Positions 9,164 to 18,786 of a stretch of DNA of 64,000 bases are shown in pieces. How positions within the stretch are numbered: position 1 is the stretch's first letter; every line of letters starts with the position of its first letter. The stretch spans positions 46,153 through 110,152 of the forward strand of contig NZ_JAGSND010000001.1 of NCBI RefSeq assembly GCF_018128545.1, in the 5' to 3' direction. The stretch comes from Sinanaerobacter chloroacetimidivorans. GTDB lineage: Bacteria > Bacillota > Clostridia > Peptostreptococcales > Anaerovoracaceae. A program made the translations under genes and the position numbers. A model generated the notes under the pieces. The model made no database searches. It saw only the letters and a program-made list of their open reading frames with translations, and had not been told where the DNA came from.

Positions 9164-9200
9164 AAAAGCGGCGGTCCGCTTTTCTGAAGGAGGTAAGCAT

Positions 9201-10685
9201 ATGTCGTTAATCAATATTTCAAATTTAACTTTCAGCTATGACAGCTGCTATGAAAATATATTCCAGAATGCATCCTTTCAGATGGATACAAATTGGAAAC
9301 TCGGATTGATCGGGAGAAACGGCAGGGGGAAAACAACACTGCTAAAGCTTTTGCTAGGAATGTATCCGTACAGCGGGTCCATTTCATCCAACGTTTCTTT
9401 CGAGTATTTCCCATATGAAATCGAAAATAAGGAGAGGGATACCCTTGAGATCATCGAGGACATGATTCCGGATCTTGAATTGTGGAAGCTGAAACGGGAG
9501 TTGTCTCTGCTTGAACTGCCGGAAGAGGTTTTATATCGCTCCTTCTCCACGTTAAGTAACGGAGAGCAGACGAAGGTGCTGCTGGCAGCACTTTTTATGA
9601 AGGAAGAGGCTTTCCTGCTCATCGACGAACCCACCAATCATCTGGATTTAAGGGGGCGTGAAATTGTAGGAAATTATCTGAATTCCAAAAGAGGATTTAT
9701 TCTGGTTTCTCATGACCGTTTTTTTCTTAATCAATGTACGGATCACATTTTGTCAATCAACAAAGCAGATATAGAAATCCAGAAGGGGAATTTCTCAACC
9801 TGGCAATTGAATAAAGATAGAATGGACCAGTTTGAACTGGCGGAAAATGAAAAACTGAAAAAAGAAATCAAAAATTTGACAGAAGCCTCAAAACGTACCG
9901 CAAAATGGTCAGACCAGGTGGAAAGCACAAAGAACGGCTCTTTGCTGTCAGGAATCAAACCTGATAAAGGCTATATCGGGCATAAAGCTGCTAAAATGAT
10001 GAAACGTTCAAAAACCATAGAAGCAAGAATGGAGAAATCCATTGAGGACAAATCCAAACTTCTGAAGAATCTGGAAACTGTTGAATCCCTTGCCATTAAG
10101 CCTGTCAGCTACCATAAAAGCAAATTGGCGGAGGCAATTGATCTGTTCGTTGTTTATGATGAGCGTAAAATTATGGATCCGATAAGCTTTTCTGTAAGCG
10201 CAGGAGATCGAATTGCTATAAAGGGTCAGAATGGCTCCGGAAAATCCAGCATATTAAAGCTGATCCTCGGGGAAGAGATCGAATATCGCGGAAATTACCA
10301 TACAGGCAGTGGTCTGATAATCTCCTATGTACCCCAGGACACTTCCTTTTTACAGGGAGATTTAAGAACCTTTGCCAGAGAGGAAAGCATTGATGAAAGC
10401 TTGTTCAAGGCAATTCTGCGCAAATTGGACTTCTCCAGGACACAATTTGATAAAGATCTGAGAGAGTTCAGTGCCGGGCAGAAGAAAAAAGTTCTTATCG
10501 CAAAAAGCCTTTGCCAGGAAGCCCACCTATATATTTGGGATGAACCGTTAAACTATATTGATGTCATCTCACGCATGCAAATTGAAGAGCTGATATTGCA
10601 GTACCGGCCCACCATGATTTTCGTAGAGCATGATCGATGCTTTATCAGAAATATTGCGACAGCGCAGATTACGCTGACAAAATAA
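9201..10685 (+). CDS. lsa: ABC-F ribosomal-protection ATPase, Lsa family (lincosamide/streptogramin A/pleuromutilin resistance type)
   Basis: 494 aa with two ABC domains and no TMD. From memory, near-identical blocks to Lsa(A): MDTNWKLGLIGRNGRGKTTLL, LIDEPTNHLDL, ILVSHDRFF, FELAENEKLKKE, MMKRSKTIEARME, LYIWDEPLNYIDV, PTMIFVEHD. Confidence 0.85.
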   Translation: MSLINISNLTFSYDSCYENIFQNASFQMDTNWKLGLIGRNGRGKTTLLKLLLGMYPYSGSISSNVSFEYFPYEIENKERDTLEIIEDMIPDLELWKLKRELSLLELPEEVLYRSFSTLSNGEQTKVLLAALFMKEEAFLLIDEPTNHLDLRGREIVGNYLNSKRGFILVSHDRFFLNQCTDHILSINKADIEIQKGNFSTWQLNKDRMDQFELAENEKLKKEIKNLTEASKRTAKWSDQVESTKNGSLLSGIKPDKGYIGHKAAKMMKRSKTIEARMEKSIEDKSKLLKNLETVESLAIKPVSYHKSKLAEAIDLFVVYDERKIMDPISFSVSAGDRIAIKGQNGSGKSSILKLILGEEIEYRGNYHTGSGLIISYVPQDTSFLQGDLRTFAREESIDESLFKAILRKLDFSRTQFDKDLREFSAGQKKKVLIAKSLCQEAHLYIWDEPLNYIDVISRMQIEELILQYRPTMIFVEHDRCFIRNIATAQITLTK

Positions 10686-10779
10686 AAGGCTGCGGGAGAT
10701 TTTGGCAGTGAGAAGATTGATAAAAGAGCAGGAGAGTCGTTGACGAGCCGGAAAGGCTGTGATATGATAAAGGACAAGT

Positions 10780-10930
10780 GAATATTTGGGGAGCTTGTGT
10801 GCAGGCTGAGAGGAAGTAATCAAACTTCGACCCTTATAACCTGATTTGGATAATGCCAACGTAGGGAAGAACATTTTGATTTCAAAAAGAAAAGTGGGAG
10901 ACTCCGGTTGGTGTTTCCCACTATTTTTTT
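10780..10930 (+). ncRNA. TPP (THI-box) riboswitch with terminator expression platform
   Basis: GGGGAGC...CTGAGAGG...GACCC...AACCTGATTTGGATAATGCCAACGTAGGGAA matches the THI-element core. A terminator follows: GTGGGA (10894-10899) pairs with TCCCAC (10916-10921), then T8. It sits upstream of cytX-thiMED. Confidence 0.85.
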
Positions 10931-10945
10931 TAGGAGTTGAATGAA

Positions 10946-12133
10946 ATGAAAGAAAAAAAAATGACGATCTTCAGCAGCGGCTTGATCTGGTTTGGCGCCG
11001 CGGTATCTATTGCAGAAATTCTGACTGGGACCCTGATTGCACCCTTAGGCTTGGGCAAGGGGCTGGCGGCAATTATCTTGGGGCATGTGATCGGATGTAT
11101 CCTTTTATATCTTGCTGCTCTCATCGGAGCAAATACGGAAAAAAGTGCCATGGACACCGTAAAAGGATCCTTTGGGAAGAAGGGCTCCGTTTTATTTTCC
11201 GTACTGAACATAATCCAGCTGGTAGGCTGGACAGCGGTGATGATTATCGGAGGGGCCAGAGCGGCAGGGGCGATTTTAAATGAACCTCTTGGGATAGAAG
11301 GGGTATCATTGTGGTGCATACTTATCGGTATCCTGATATTGATTTGGATCTTCATAGGAATTAAGAACATCAGCAAGATTAATATTGTGGCAATGAGTGC
11401 ACTGTTTCTCTGTACAATTATATTAAGCGGTGTCGTTTTTCGGGGAGAACCGATGGCTGCAGAAATGGGTCTGAGTTTTGGTCTTGCCGTGGAGCTGTCT
11501 GCTGCGATGCCGCTGTCATGGCTTCCGTTAATATCCGATTATGTAAAAGCGGCAGAAAAGCCTAAAACCGCCGCCTCTGTCAGCACCATAGTCTACTTTA
11601 TAACAAGCTGCTGGATGTACACCATTGGATTGGGAGCAGCAATCTTTACAGGGCAGTCCGATATTGCACAAATCATGCTGCAAGCGGGTTTAGGATTGCT
11701 GGGAGTGATTATCATTATATTTTCCACTGTAACTACAACATTTTTGGATGTGTATTCAGCCGGAGTAAGTTTTGTCAGTATTACAGACAAGGTAAAGGAT
11801 CGGTGGGTTGCCATGATCGTTTGTGTAACGGGAACTCTTTTAGCGATCTTTACCCCGATAGAGCAATATGAGAACTTTTTATATTTTATCGGTTCCGTAT
11901 TTGCTCCAATGACGGCAATTTTAATAACGGATTATTTTATCCTGAAGAAGGATCATTCTTCAAAGGTCGTGGATATCAAAAATCTTGCATTATGGGCGGC
12001 AGGTTTCATCATCTACCGTCTGTTCATGTCAATTGACACCCCTTTGGGGAGCACGCTGCCGGTTATGGCGATTATCAGTATTTTATGTATCATTGTAAAT
12101 GGAGGAAGGAAAAATGCTTACACAAATTCTTAA
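10946..12133 (+). CDS. cytX: putative hydroxymethylpyrimidine transporter CytX (NCS1 family)
   Basis: ~395-aa polytopic membrane protein, first gene after the TPP riboswitch and upstream of thiM/thiE/thiD. ATG at 10946 with SD TAGGAG. Confidence 0.7.
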   Translation: MKEKKMTIFSSGLIWFGAAVSIAEILTGTLIAPLGLGKGLAAIILGHVIGCILLYLAALIGANTEKSAMDTVKGSFGKKGSVLFSVLNIIQLVGWTAVMIIGGARAAGAILNEPLGIEGVSLWCILIGILILIWIFIGIKNISKINIVAMSALFLCTIILSGVVFRGEPMAAEMGLSFGLAVELSAAMPLSWLPLISDYVKAAEKPKTAASVSTIVYFITSCWMYTIGLGAAIFTGQSDIAQIMLQAGLGLLGVIIIIFSTVTTTFLDVYSAGVSFVSITDKVKDRWVAMIVCVTGTLLAIFTPIEQYENFLYFIGSVFAPMTAILITDYFILKKDHSSKVVDIKNLALWAAGFIIYRLFMSIDTPLGSTLPVMAIISILCIIVNGGRKNAYTNS

Positions 12134-12938
12134 AAATGTAAAAGAGAACACACCTTTAGTACACTGTATTACAAATTATGTTACGGTAAATGACTGTGCC
12201 AATGCGCTGCTTGCCTGGGGAGGTTCCCCCATTATGGCTGATGACGTCAACGAAGTGGAAGAGATTACAACGATCTGCAGCAGCTTGTACATCAATATCG
12301 GAACACTGAATGAGAGAACCATTGCTTCCATGTTGAAAGCCGGGAAGAAGGCCTGTGAACTGGGGCATCCAATAGTCCTGGATCCCGTTGGTGCCGGAGC
12401 ATCTTCAATGCGTACTAAAGCGGCTTTTGACCTTTTGGATCAGGTGGGATTTACAGTCATTCGAGGGAACATCTCTGAAATCAAGACCATCGCCTCAGGA
12501 GCAGGCTCAACAAAGGGAGTTGATGCGGACATCAGCGATCAGGTCACGGAGGAAAATCTGGATGCAACGGTGGCATTCGCAAAAAAACTGAGTGAAAAGA
12601 CGAAATCTATCATCGTAATAACCGGGGCCATTGACATTGTGGCTGATCATCAAAAATCGTATATCATCAGAAACGGAAATGCACTCATGTCAAAAATTAC
12701 AGGCACTGGCTGCATGCTGACAGCCCTTATCGCAGCATCTGCAGCCGCTAACCCTGAACGGCCTTTGGATGCAGCAGCAGCCACGGTATGCAGTATGGGT
12801 ATTTGCGGAGAACTGGCATATGACAGAATTCAGAAAGAAGGAAAAGGGACTTCTTCCTATCGCACCTACCTTATCGACTGTTTAAGTCAAATAACCGAGG
12901 AACTTTTCAAGGAGGGTGCTAAAATTGAAATTAAATAA
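12114..12938 (+). CDS. thiM: hydroxyethylthiazole kinase
   Basis: MLTQILKNVKENTPLVHCITNYVTVNDCANALLAWGGSPIMAD is ThiM family. SD GGAGGAAGG. Confidence 0.85.
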   Translation: MLTQILKNVKENTPLVHCITNYVTVNDCANALLAWGGSPIMADDVNEVEEITTICSSLYINIGTLNERTIASMLKAGKKACELGHPIVLDPVGAGASSMRTKAAFDLLDQVGFTVIRGNISEIKTIASGAGSTKGVDADISDQVTEENLDATVAFAKKLSEKTKSIIVITGAIDIVADHQKSYIIRNGNALMSKITGTGCMLTALIAASAAANPERPLDAAAATVCSMGICGELAYDRIQKEGKGTSSYRTYLIDCLSQITEELFKEGAKIEIK

Positions 12939-13566
12939 GTCTTCTTTACGGCTTTATGCTGTGACTGACAGAGCCTGGCTTGGGAAACAAAAGCTGTCGG
13001 AACAGGTGGATATGGCTCTCCGTGCCGGAGCAACCTTTCTTCAACTGAGAGAAAAGAATCTCGATAAAGAGGCATTTTTACAAGAAGCCGGGGAAATTAA
13101 AAAGGTTGCGGATCAATACAAAATTCCTTTTGTCATCAATGATCATCCAGAGATTGCTTTGGCCTGCGGAGCTGACGGTGTACATGTAGGACAGCAGGAC
13201 ATGGAAGCGGGAAATGTGCGGGCACTCATAGGAGAGAATAAAATCCTTGGCGTTTCCGTACAGACTGTTTCAGAAGCATTGAAAGCCGAGAAACAGGGTG
13301 CAGACTATCTGGGGGTTGGGGCTGTTTTCTCAACCTCTACCAAGCTGGATGCCGACAAGGTTTCCCTTGCCGTACTGAAGGAAATTTGTGCTGCCGTATC
13401 AATCCCTGTGGTGGCCATCGGCGGTATCGACAGCTCCAACCTGCCGGAATTAGCAGGGAAAGGATTAGCAGGAGTAGCGGTGGTTTCCGCTATTTTTGGG
13501 GCGGATGATATCCTTGAGGCAACAGCAAATTTGAGAAGGCTGGCAGATGAGATGATAGGAGAATAG
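12925..13566 (+). CDS. thiE: thiamine-phosphate synthase
   Basis: LRLYAVTDRAWL...INDH...GADGVHVGQQD...GVSVQTV are ThiE motifs. The start is either TTG 12925 (SD AAGGAGGG) or GTG 12916. Confidence 0.85.
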   Translation: MKLNKSSLRLYAVTDRAWLGKQKLSEQVDMALRAGATFLQLREKNLDKEAFLQEAGEIKKVADQYKIPFVINDHPEIALACGADGVHVGQQDMEAGNVRALIGENKILGVSVQTVSEALKAEKQGADYLGVGAVFSTSTKLDADKVSLAVLKEICAAVSIPVVAIGGIDSSNLPELAGKGLAGVAVVSAIFGADDILEATANLRRLADEMIGE

Positions 13567-13567
13567 A

Positions 13568-14350
13568 ATGGAAAAAGTATTGACAATAGCAGGTTCGGAC
13601 TGCAGCGGCGGGGCAGGTATTCAAGCAGATATCAAGACCATTACCGTCCATAAGCTTTATGCCATGAGTGTGATAACGGCGCTGACAGCACAAAATACCA
13701 CGGGTGTTTACGGAGTTCAGGATGTCACCCCCGATTTTGTTGCTCAACAATTGGATTGTATTTTTCGGGATATCAAACCGAACGCCATAAAAATCGGAAT
13801 GGTTTCCAATCCTGATATTATTGCTGTTATTTCGGAGAAATTGCAGGAGTATCAAGGGGTAAACATCGTATTGGATCCGGTAATGGTAGCCACCAGCGGA
13901 GGGAAGCTTCTGAAAGATCATGCAGTGGAAGTTTTAGCAGAGAAACTGATACCTCTTGCAGAGGTCATTACGCCGAATATTCCGGAGGCAGAAGCCCTCT
14001 GCGGCTTTCAAATTGATAGCCTTGATGATATGAGAAAGGCAGCTGAAAAACTTTCTTCCATTGCCGGAAAAGGTATTTTGATTAAAGGGGGGCATCTTTT
14101 TAGCAGTGCCGATGATTTACTGTTGTATGAGAGTAAAGAATACTGGTTCCGGGAAGAAAAAATAAACAACCCCAATACTCACGGAACAGGCTGCACCTTG
14201 TCTTCTGCCATCGCGTGCAATCTGGCAAAGGGCCACTCCGTTCCGGATAGTGTCCTGCTTGCGAAAAAATATATCACAGGAGCATTGCGGGATCATTTTG
14301 ATGTCGGAAAGGGGCGGGGGCCTCTCAATCATTGCTATGCGATAAGATAG
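13568..14350 (+). CDS. thiD: hydroxymethylpyrimidine/phosphomethylpyrimidine kinase
   Basis: MEKVLTIAGSDCSGGAGIQADIKT...GTGCTLSSAIA is the ThiD ribokinase-like fold. Confidence 0.85.
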   Translation: MEKVLTIAGSDCSGGAGIQADIKTITVHKLYAMSVITALTAQNTTGVYGVQDVTPDFVAQQLDCIFRDIKPNAIKIGMVSNPDIIAVISEKLQEYQGVNIVLDPVMVATSGGKLLKDHAVEVLAEKLIPLAEVITPNIPEAEALCGFQIDSLDDMRKAAEKLSSIAGKGILIKGGHLFSSADDLLLYESKEYWFREEKINNPNTHGTGCTLSSAIACNLAKGHSVPDSVLLAKKYITGALRDHFDVGKGRGPLNHCYAIR

Positions 14351-14497
14351 CAATGGGAGAAATCCGATCTATTAGGAATCACATTATACAGAAATTTCTT
14401 GAAATATGTCGATGGTAGTGGTATCCTTTACCTAATTAGAGATTAAGAAGGAATGATGAGTGTCAAAGCGTTCAGACTTTTGAAAGGGGTAAGAATT

Positions 14498-16582
14498 ATG
14501 GATACTACTATCATCATTGGTTTAATCAACAATTCAGCTCTGCTGATGACCTTGGTCATTGTCTATGAAATCAGTTATATCATACCAGTTCAATGGAGAC
14601 AGTTTACTCCCGTTATAAATGGCCTGCTTATTGGAATTATTGGACTTGGTATCATGCTTCTCCATTTTCAGTTGACTGACGGAATTTTTTTCGATACAAG
14701 GTCCATTCTTATCAGTGTAACGGCTTTAACCTATGGTACCATACCCGCATTGGTTGCTTCGGTGATTCTGATGATTTACCGGCTGATACTCGGGGGTGCC
14801 GGAGCGGTTATGGGCATATCCGTCATTTTAAGCTCTGCTTTAGCAGGTATTCTCTGGCGGAAGTTTATCCTGAAGAATCATTCCAAATATCGTTGGCTGA
14901 ATATTTATCTCTTTGGAATCGTGGTACACATCATTATGCTGGCTTGTACCTTTACTCTGCCCTGGCCTGTGTCGTATGAAGTTTTTCAGGCCATCAGCCT
15001 GCCGGTATTATTGATATATCCCATCGGAACCGTTTTGCTTAGCTTGCTATTGCTCCGTCAGAAGGAACGGAATGAGTCGCTGATCCAGATTTCCGAAGCG
15101 GAAGAACGATATAAAAGTTTATTCAATAACAGCCTTGCAGTTATGCTCCTCATTGATCCCGAAGATGGAACGATACTGGATGCCAATCCCGCGGCCGCTA
15201 AATTTTATGACTGGTCTATAGATACGATCAAATCTATGCATATCTCTCAAATCAATACCTTAAGCCCTGAAGATGTAAAAGTTGAAATGAACAAGTCGGC
15301 AACGGAGAAGAGAAACCACTTCTTTTTCCGCCACAGAAAAGCATGCGGAGATATTGTCGATGTGGAAGTATACAGCGGACCTATTCGACTGGATGGCAAA
15401 GTGGTAATCTACTCCATAGTCCATGATATTTCACAGCGTATCGCTGCTAATAATGCACTTTTAGAAAGCGAGCAGCGATTCCGATTACTGGTTGAGAGTG
15501 CTCCGGAAGCGATTTTTATTCAGACGGAAGGCAGATTTTCCTTTGCCAACCAGTATGCATATCAGCTCTTTGGTACGGAGTCACCTGACCAGCTTATCGG
15601 CTCATCGGTGATGGATCGGTTTGATCCGGAATTCCATGCCACTGTAGAGTCCAGAATGTACACATTGAATATTGAGAAGAGACCGCTTCTGCCTACGGAA
15701 GAAGTGTTTTTAAAAATGGATGGCACTCCTGTGGATGTGGACGTTACGGCGGTTCCCATTCATTATGACGGGAAGGATGGAGCACTGGTTTTTGCAAGGG
15801 ATATCACCGACCGAAAACGGCTGGAGCATTCGAAGAATGAAATCCAGGCCCAACTTCGTCAGCAGCAGAAACTTGAGGCTATCGGTACACTGGCAGGGGG
15901 CGTTGCACATGAAATCAATAACCCCATCAATGGAATCATGAACTACGCACAGCTGATACTGGATCAAAATGAAAGGAATTCTGAGGAAGAAAATCAATAT
16001 GCAAAGGAAATTATAAACGAAACGGAACGGATTGCGGTAATCGTGAAAAATCTGCTCCAGTTTTCGAGGCAGGAAAAACAATCCCACAGTTATGCAAGCA
16101 TTTATGATATTATCAATCAGACCATTTCCTTAATCAATACTGTGGTGAAAAAAGATCAGATCACCCTGGATGTTCAGCTGGATGAGAATCTGCCGGATAT
16201 TAAATGCAGAAGCCAGCAGATTCAGCAAGTATTGATGAACTTGCTAACCAATGCCAGAGATGCACTGAATGAGAAATATAAAGATTATGATGAAGATAAG
16301 ATCATCCGTGTTCGTTGCAGTCTATATCACAGCGAAGGGCGCAGATGGCTGAAAATTACGGTTGAGGATCATGGGAACGGCATACCGGAAGAACTGCTGG
16401 ATAAAGTGTTTGAACCGTTTTTCTCTACAAAACCGAAAGAAATCGGAACGGGGCTTGGACTTTCCATCAGCTTTGGAATCGTAAAGGATCATCACGGTAA
16501 AATTACCATAGATACTAAAAAAGGTTGTTATACGAAGTTTATTCTTGATTTGCCTGTAGATAACGGATGGACATTGGAATAA
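14498..16582 (+). CDS. sensor histidine kinase: LytS-type 5TM receptor domain + PAS domains + HisKA/HATPase
   Basis: N-terminal 5-6 TM segments with FFDTR (a 5TMR_LYT-like DxR). PAS repeats, H-box GGVAHEINNP, G-box GTGLGLSIS. The start could also be ATG 14453. Confidence 0.75.
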   Translation: MDTTIIIGLINNSALLMTLVIVYEISYIIPVQWRQFTPVINGLLIGIIGLGIMLLHFQLTDGIFFDTRSILISVTALTYGTIPALVASVILMIYRLILGGAGAVMGISVILSSALAGILWRKFILKNHSKYRWLNIYLFGIVVHIIMLACTFTLPWPVSYEVFQAISLPVLLIYPIGTVLLSLLLLRQKERNESLIQISEAEERYKSLFNNSLAVMLLIDPEDGTILDANPAAAKFYDWSIDTIKSMHISQINTLSPEDVKVEMNKSATEKRNHFFFRHRKACGDIVDVEVYSGPIRLDGKVVIYSIVHDISQRIAANNALLESEQRFRLLVESAPEAIFIQTEGRFSFANQYAYQLFGTESPDQLIGSSVMDRFDPEFHATVESRMYTLNIEKRPLLPTEEVFLKMDGTPVDVDVTAVPIHYDGKDGALVFARDITDRKRLEHSKNEIQAQLRQQQKLEAIGTLAGGVAHEINNPINGIMNYAQLILDQNERNSEEENQYAKEIINETERIAVIVKNLLQFSRQEKQSHSYASIYDIINQTISLINTVVKKDQITLDVQLDENLPDIKCRSQQIQQVLMNLLTNARDALNEKYKDYDEDKIIRVRCSLYHSEGRRWLKITVEDHGNGIPEELLDKVFEPFFSTKPKEIGTGLGLSISFGIVKDHHGKITIDTKKGCYTKFILDLPVDNGWTLE

Positions 16583-16624
16583 AGGCGAAATCCGGCAGGA
16601 GATTACATACAGGGAGGGTTATAG

Positions 16625-17683
16625 ATGAGTAAAGTTTTAGTAGTAGATGATGAAAAGAGTATGCGCATTACCTTGTCTGAGTTTTTGAGCAATGACGGTT
16701 ATGAGACCGCTTCTGCCCCGGATGCCCAATCAGCGTTGAAAATGATAGAAGAAGAGGAATTTGATATCATTCTTACAGACATCATTATGCCTAAAATATC
16801 AGGCATAGAATTGTTATCACAAATTCGTGAAAAATCGCAAACCGTTCAGGTCATTATTATGACAGGAGAGCCTACGGTGGATACTGCGGTGAAGGCAGTA
16901 CAAAGCGGGGCCAATGATTATCTGACGAAGCCTATCAAAAGAGACGTCCTCTTGAAAGCGATCCGCCATGCAGAACAAATTAAGCTCTTAAACGATGAAA
17001 AACTAATTCTGGAAAAAGAAAATCTCATCTATCAGAAAGGTTTAGAAGGGATTCTTCTGGAAAGGACTACTGCGCTGCAAAATGCAATGCAGGGTATTAT
17101 TACGTTACTTTCCTCCGTTGTTGAGGCTCGAGACCCCTATACTGCGGGGCACCAGCGCAGAGTGGGGAATCTATCGGCCGCCATTGCGGACAGGATGAAT
17201 CTGGGAACCAAGGTTGTGGAATTTATGCGGATCATCGGCTATATTCATGATGTGGGAAAAATTGTTATCCCCACGGAAATCCTGTCAAAACCCGGCACCT
17301 TGAACCCTTTGGAAATGCAAATGATCAGAACTCATGCACTAAGCGGCTACGATATGCTGCTGAAAGTAGATCTGCCCAGTTTCGTTGGAGAAACCATTTT
17401 CCAGCATCACGAACGCTGTGACGGCAGCGGATATCCAAGAGGGCTGAAGGATAAGGACATTACTGTGGAAGCAAAGATCATTATGGTGGCAGATGTGGTG
17501 GAAGCTATGATGTCGCATCGGCCTTACCGGCCGGCTCTTGGACTGGATGCCGCACTCCATGAAATTCAGCAAAATGCAGGAGTTTATTATCATCAGGATA
17601 TTGTCTCTTCCTGCGTAGAGTTGTTTCGCAAAGATTACTATGAAATCGAAGACCTGGAACATAAAATTCATTTCCCGATTTAA
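16625..17683 (+). CDS. response regulator with receiver + HD-GYP domain (c-di-GMP phosphodiesterase type)
   Basis: Receiver domain VLVVDDE...DIILTDIIMP. HD-GYP motifs HDVGKIVIP and HHERCDGSGYPRGL. Confidence 0.8.
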   Translation: MSKVLVVDDEKSMRITLSEFLSNDGYETASAPDAQSALKMIEEEEFDIILTDIIMPKISGIELLSQIREKSQTVQVIIMTGEPTVDTAVKAVQSGANDYLTKPIKRDVLLKAIRHAEQIKLLNDEKLILEKENLIYQKGLEGILLERTTALQNAMQGIITLLSSVVEARDPYTAGHQRRVGNLSAAIADRMNLGTKVVEFMRIIGYIHDVGKIVIPTEILSKPGTLNPLEMQMIRTHALSGYDMLLKVDLPSFVGETIFQHHERCDGSGYPRGLKDKDITVEAKIIMVADVVEAMMSHRPYRPALGLDAALHEIQQNAGVYYHQDIVSSCVELFRKDYYEIEDLEHKIHFPI

Positions 17684-17722
17684 AAAGACCAAACTTTCAA
17701 AGCAAAAGAAACTAAGATATGG

Positions 17723-18532
17723 TTACCCGATGAACTCAGCCAGCTTTGCATTGAATTCATCCTTCTGTTCATAAAATAATCCATGACCACTGTCTTCAAA
17801 GGGGATCAGGACGGAATTTCTGATTCCTTTTTTCATGGCTTCCGCCAATGGAAACAGGCATACTCTGTCGTGGATACCGTGAAGAATTAAAGTGGGAACA
17901 TTGATTTTCCCCAGGTCGAAAAACAAGGTTTCATCACGGAAGGTAACCGCACAGTCCGCAGTGGCCCAGCCCGCTGCCCGGAGTCCAAGCTGGAAAAACC
18001 AGTTGAGGAAGGGTTCGGATAATTTCTGGTAAAAGAACATGTCTTTCAGCTGCCATAGCATATTTGGCCGGTCCTGATAGGTTTGCTCGATCATTTGGGT
18101 GACAGCTTCTTTCGGCACTCCGTAGGGAAAATCAGGCTGAATGGTGAGGCTGGGAGCAGCCGCCCCAAAAAGTGCGAGCTTGGATACACAAAAGCCGTCA
18201 TGCCTTGCCATGTATCGGATGGCTGCCGCCCCTCCCATGGAATGTCCGGCAAGTACAAAATCCTTCAAATGCAAGTGCCGAACTACGCATAGGATATCGT
18301 CGGCAATCCTGTCATAACCGTATCCTCTCCAGGGCTTGCTGGACTTGCCGAATCCTCTGGTATCCATGCCGATACACCGGTATCCCATTGCCGGAAGGTA
18401 ATCAAACTGATATTCATAAGCATTATGATTCAATGGCCAGCCATGAATAAATAAAATGGTCTTTTTCCCTTCCGGATTCACCTCATGTACGAAAATATCC
18501 ACATCTGGTTCGACTTTGATAAAATGCTCCAT
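17723..18532 (-). CDS. alpha/beta-fold hydrolase
   Basis: 269 aa, GHSMGG nucleophile elbow, HGWPLN N-terminal motif as in esterases and non-heme haloperoxidases. Confidence 0.7.
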   Translation of the reverse strand: MEHFIKVEPDVDIFVHEVNPEGKKTILFIHGWPLNHNAYEYQFDYLPAMGYRCIGMDTRGFGKSSKPWRGYGYDRIADDILCVVRHLHLKDFVLAGHSMGGAAAIRYMARHDGFCVSKLALFGAAAPSLTIQPDFPYGVPKEAVTQMIEQTYQDRPNMLWQLKDMFFYQKLSEPFLNWFFQLGLRAAGWATADCAVTFRDETLFFDLGKINVPTLILHGIHDRVCLFPLAEAMKKGIRNSVLIPFEDSGHGLFYEQKDEFNAKLAEFIG

Positions 18533-18589
18533 ATTCTATCCTCCTTCTGTCTTTTAGGCTTTTCTATATCATATTCCTTCAGTATCAAT

Positions 18590-18675
18590 GTAAGAATTAG
18601 AAAAAGGCAGCTCCAAATAAATCAGAATAAAAAAGGCAGCCTTTTAATAATAAGAATAAAAAAAGGCAGCCCCAA
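18590..18675. repeat. A-rich interspersed direct repeats (AAAAAGGCAGCyCCAAATAAATCrG x2; AGAATAAAAAAAGGCAGCC x2)
   Basis: The units at 18591-18615 and 18650-18674 are near-identical, with a partial third copy (aaaaaaggcagcc, 18620-18632) between. On the minus strand this gives three GCTGCCTTTTTT elements downstream of deoD. Confidence 0.5.
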
Positions 18676-18786
18676 ATAAATCGGGGATTTTCCCGGTATA
18701 TTTGTGACTGCCTTATTAATCATCTAGATAATTTCTTTCTTTCTCACTAAAGGTGATTTGTGCGGAATCATCCAAAAGGAGGGGTA

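Noticed and set aside
9201-10685. Calling the ABC-F an exporter or transporter
   Set aside because: It has two fused NBDs with no transmembrane domain, and no adjacent permease gene. Lsa-type ABC-F proteins act on the ribosome, not as pumps.
18590-18675. Possible CRISPR-like repeat array
   Set aside because: There are only 2-3 imperfect A-rich units with irregular spacing, no cas genes, and the units are not palindromic CRISPR repeats. More likely terminator remnants or a simple repeat.
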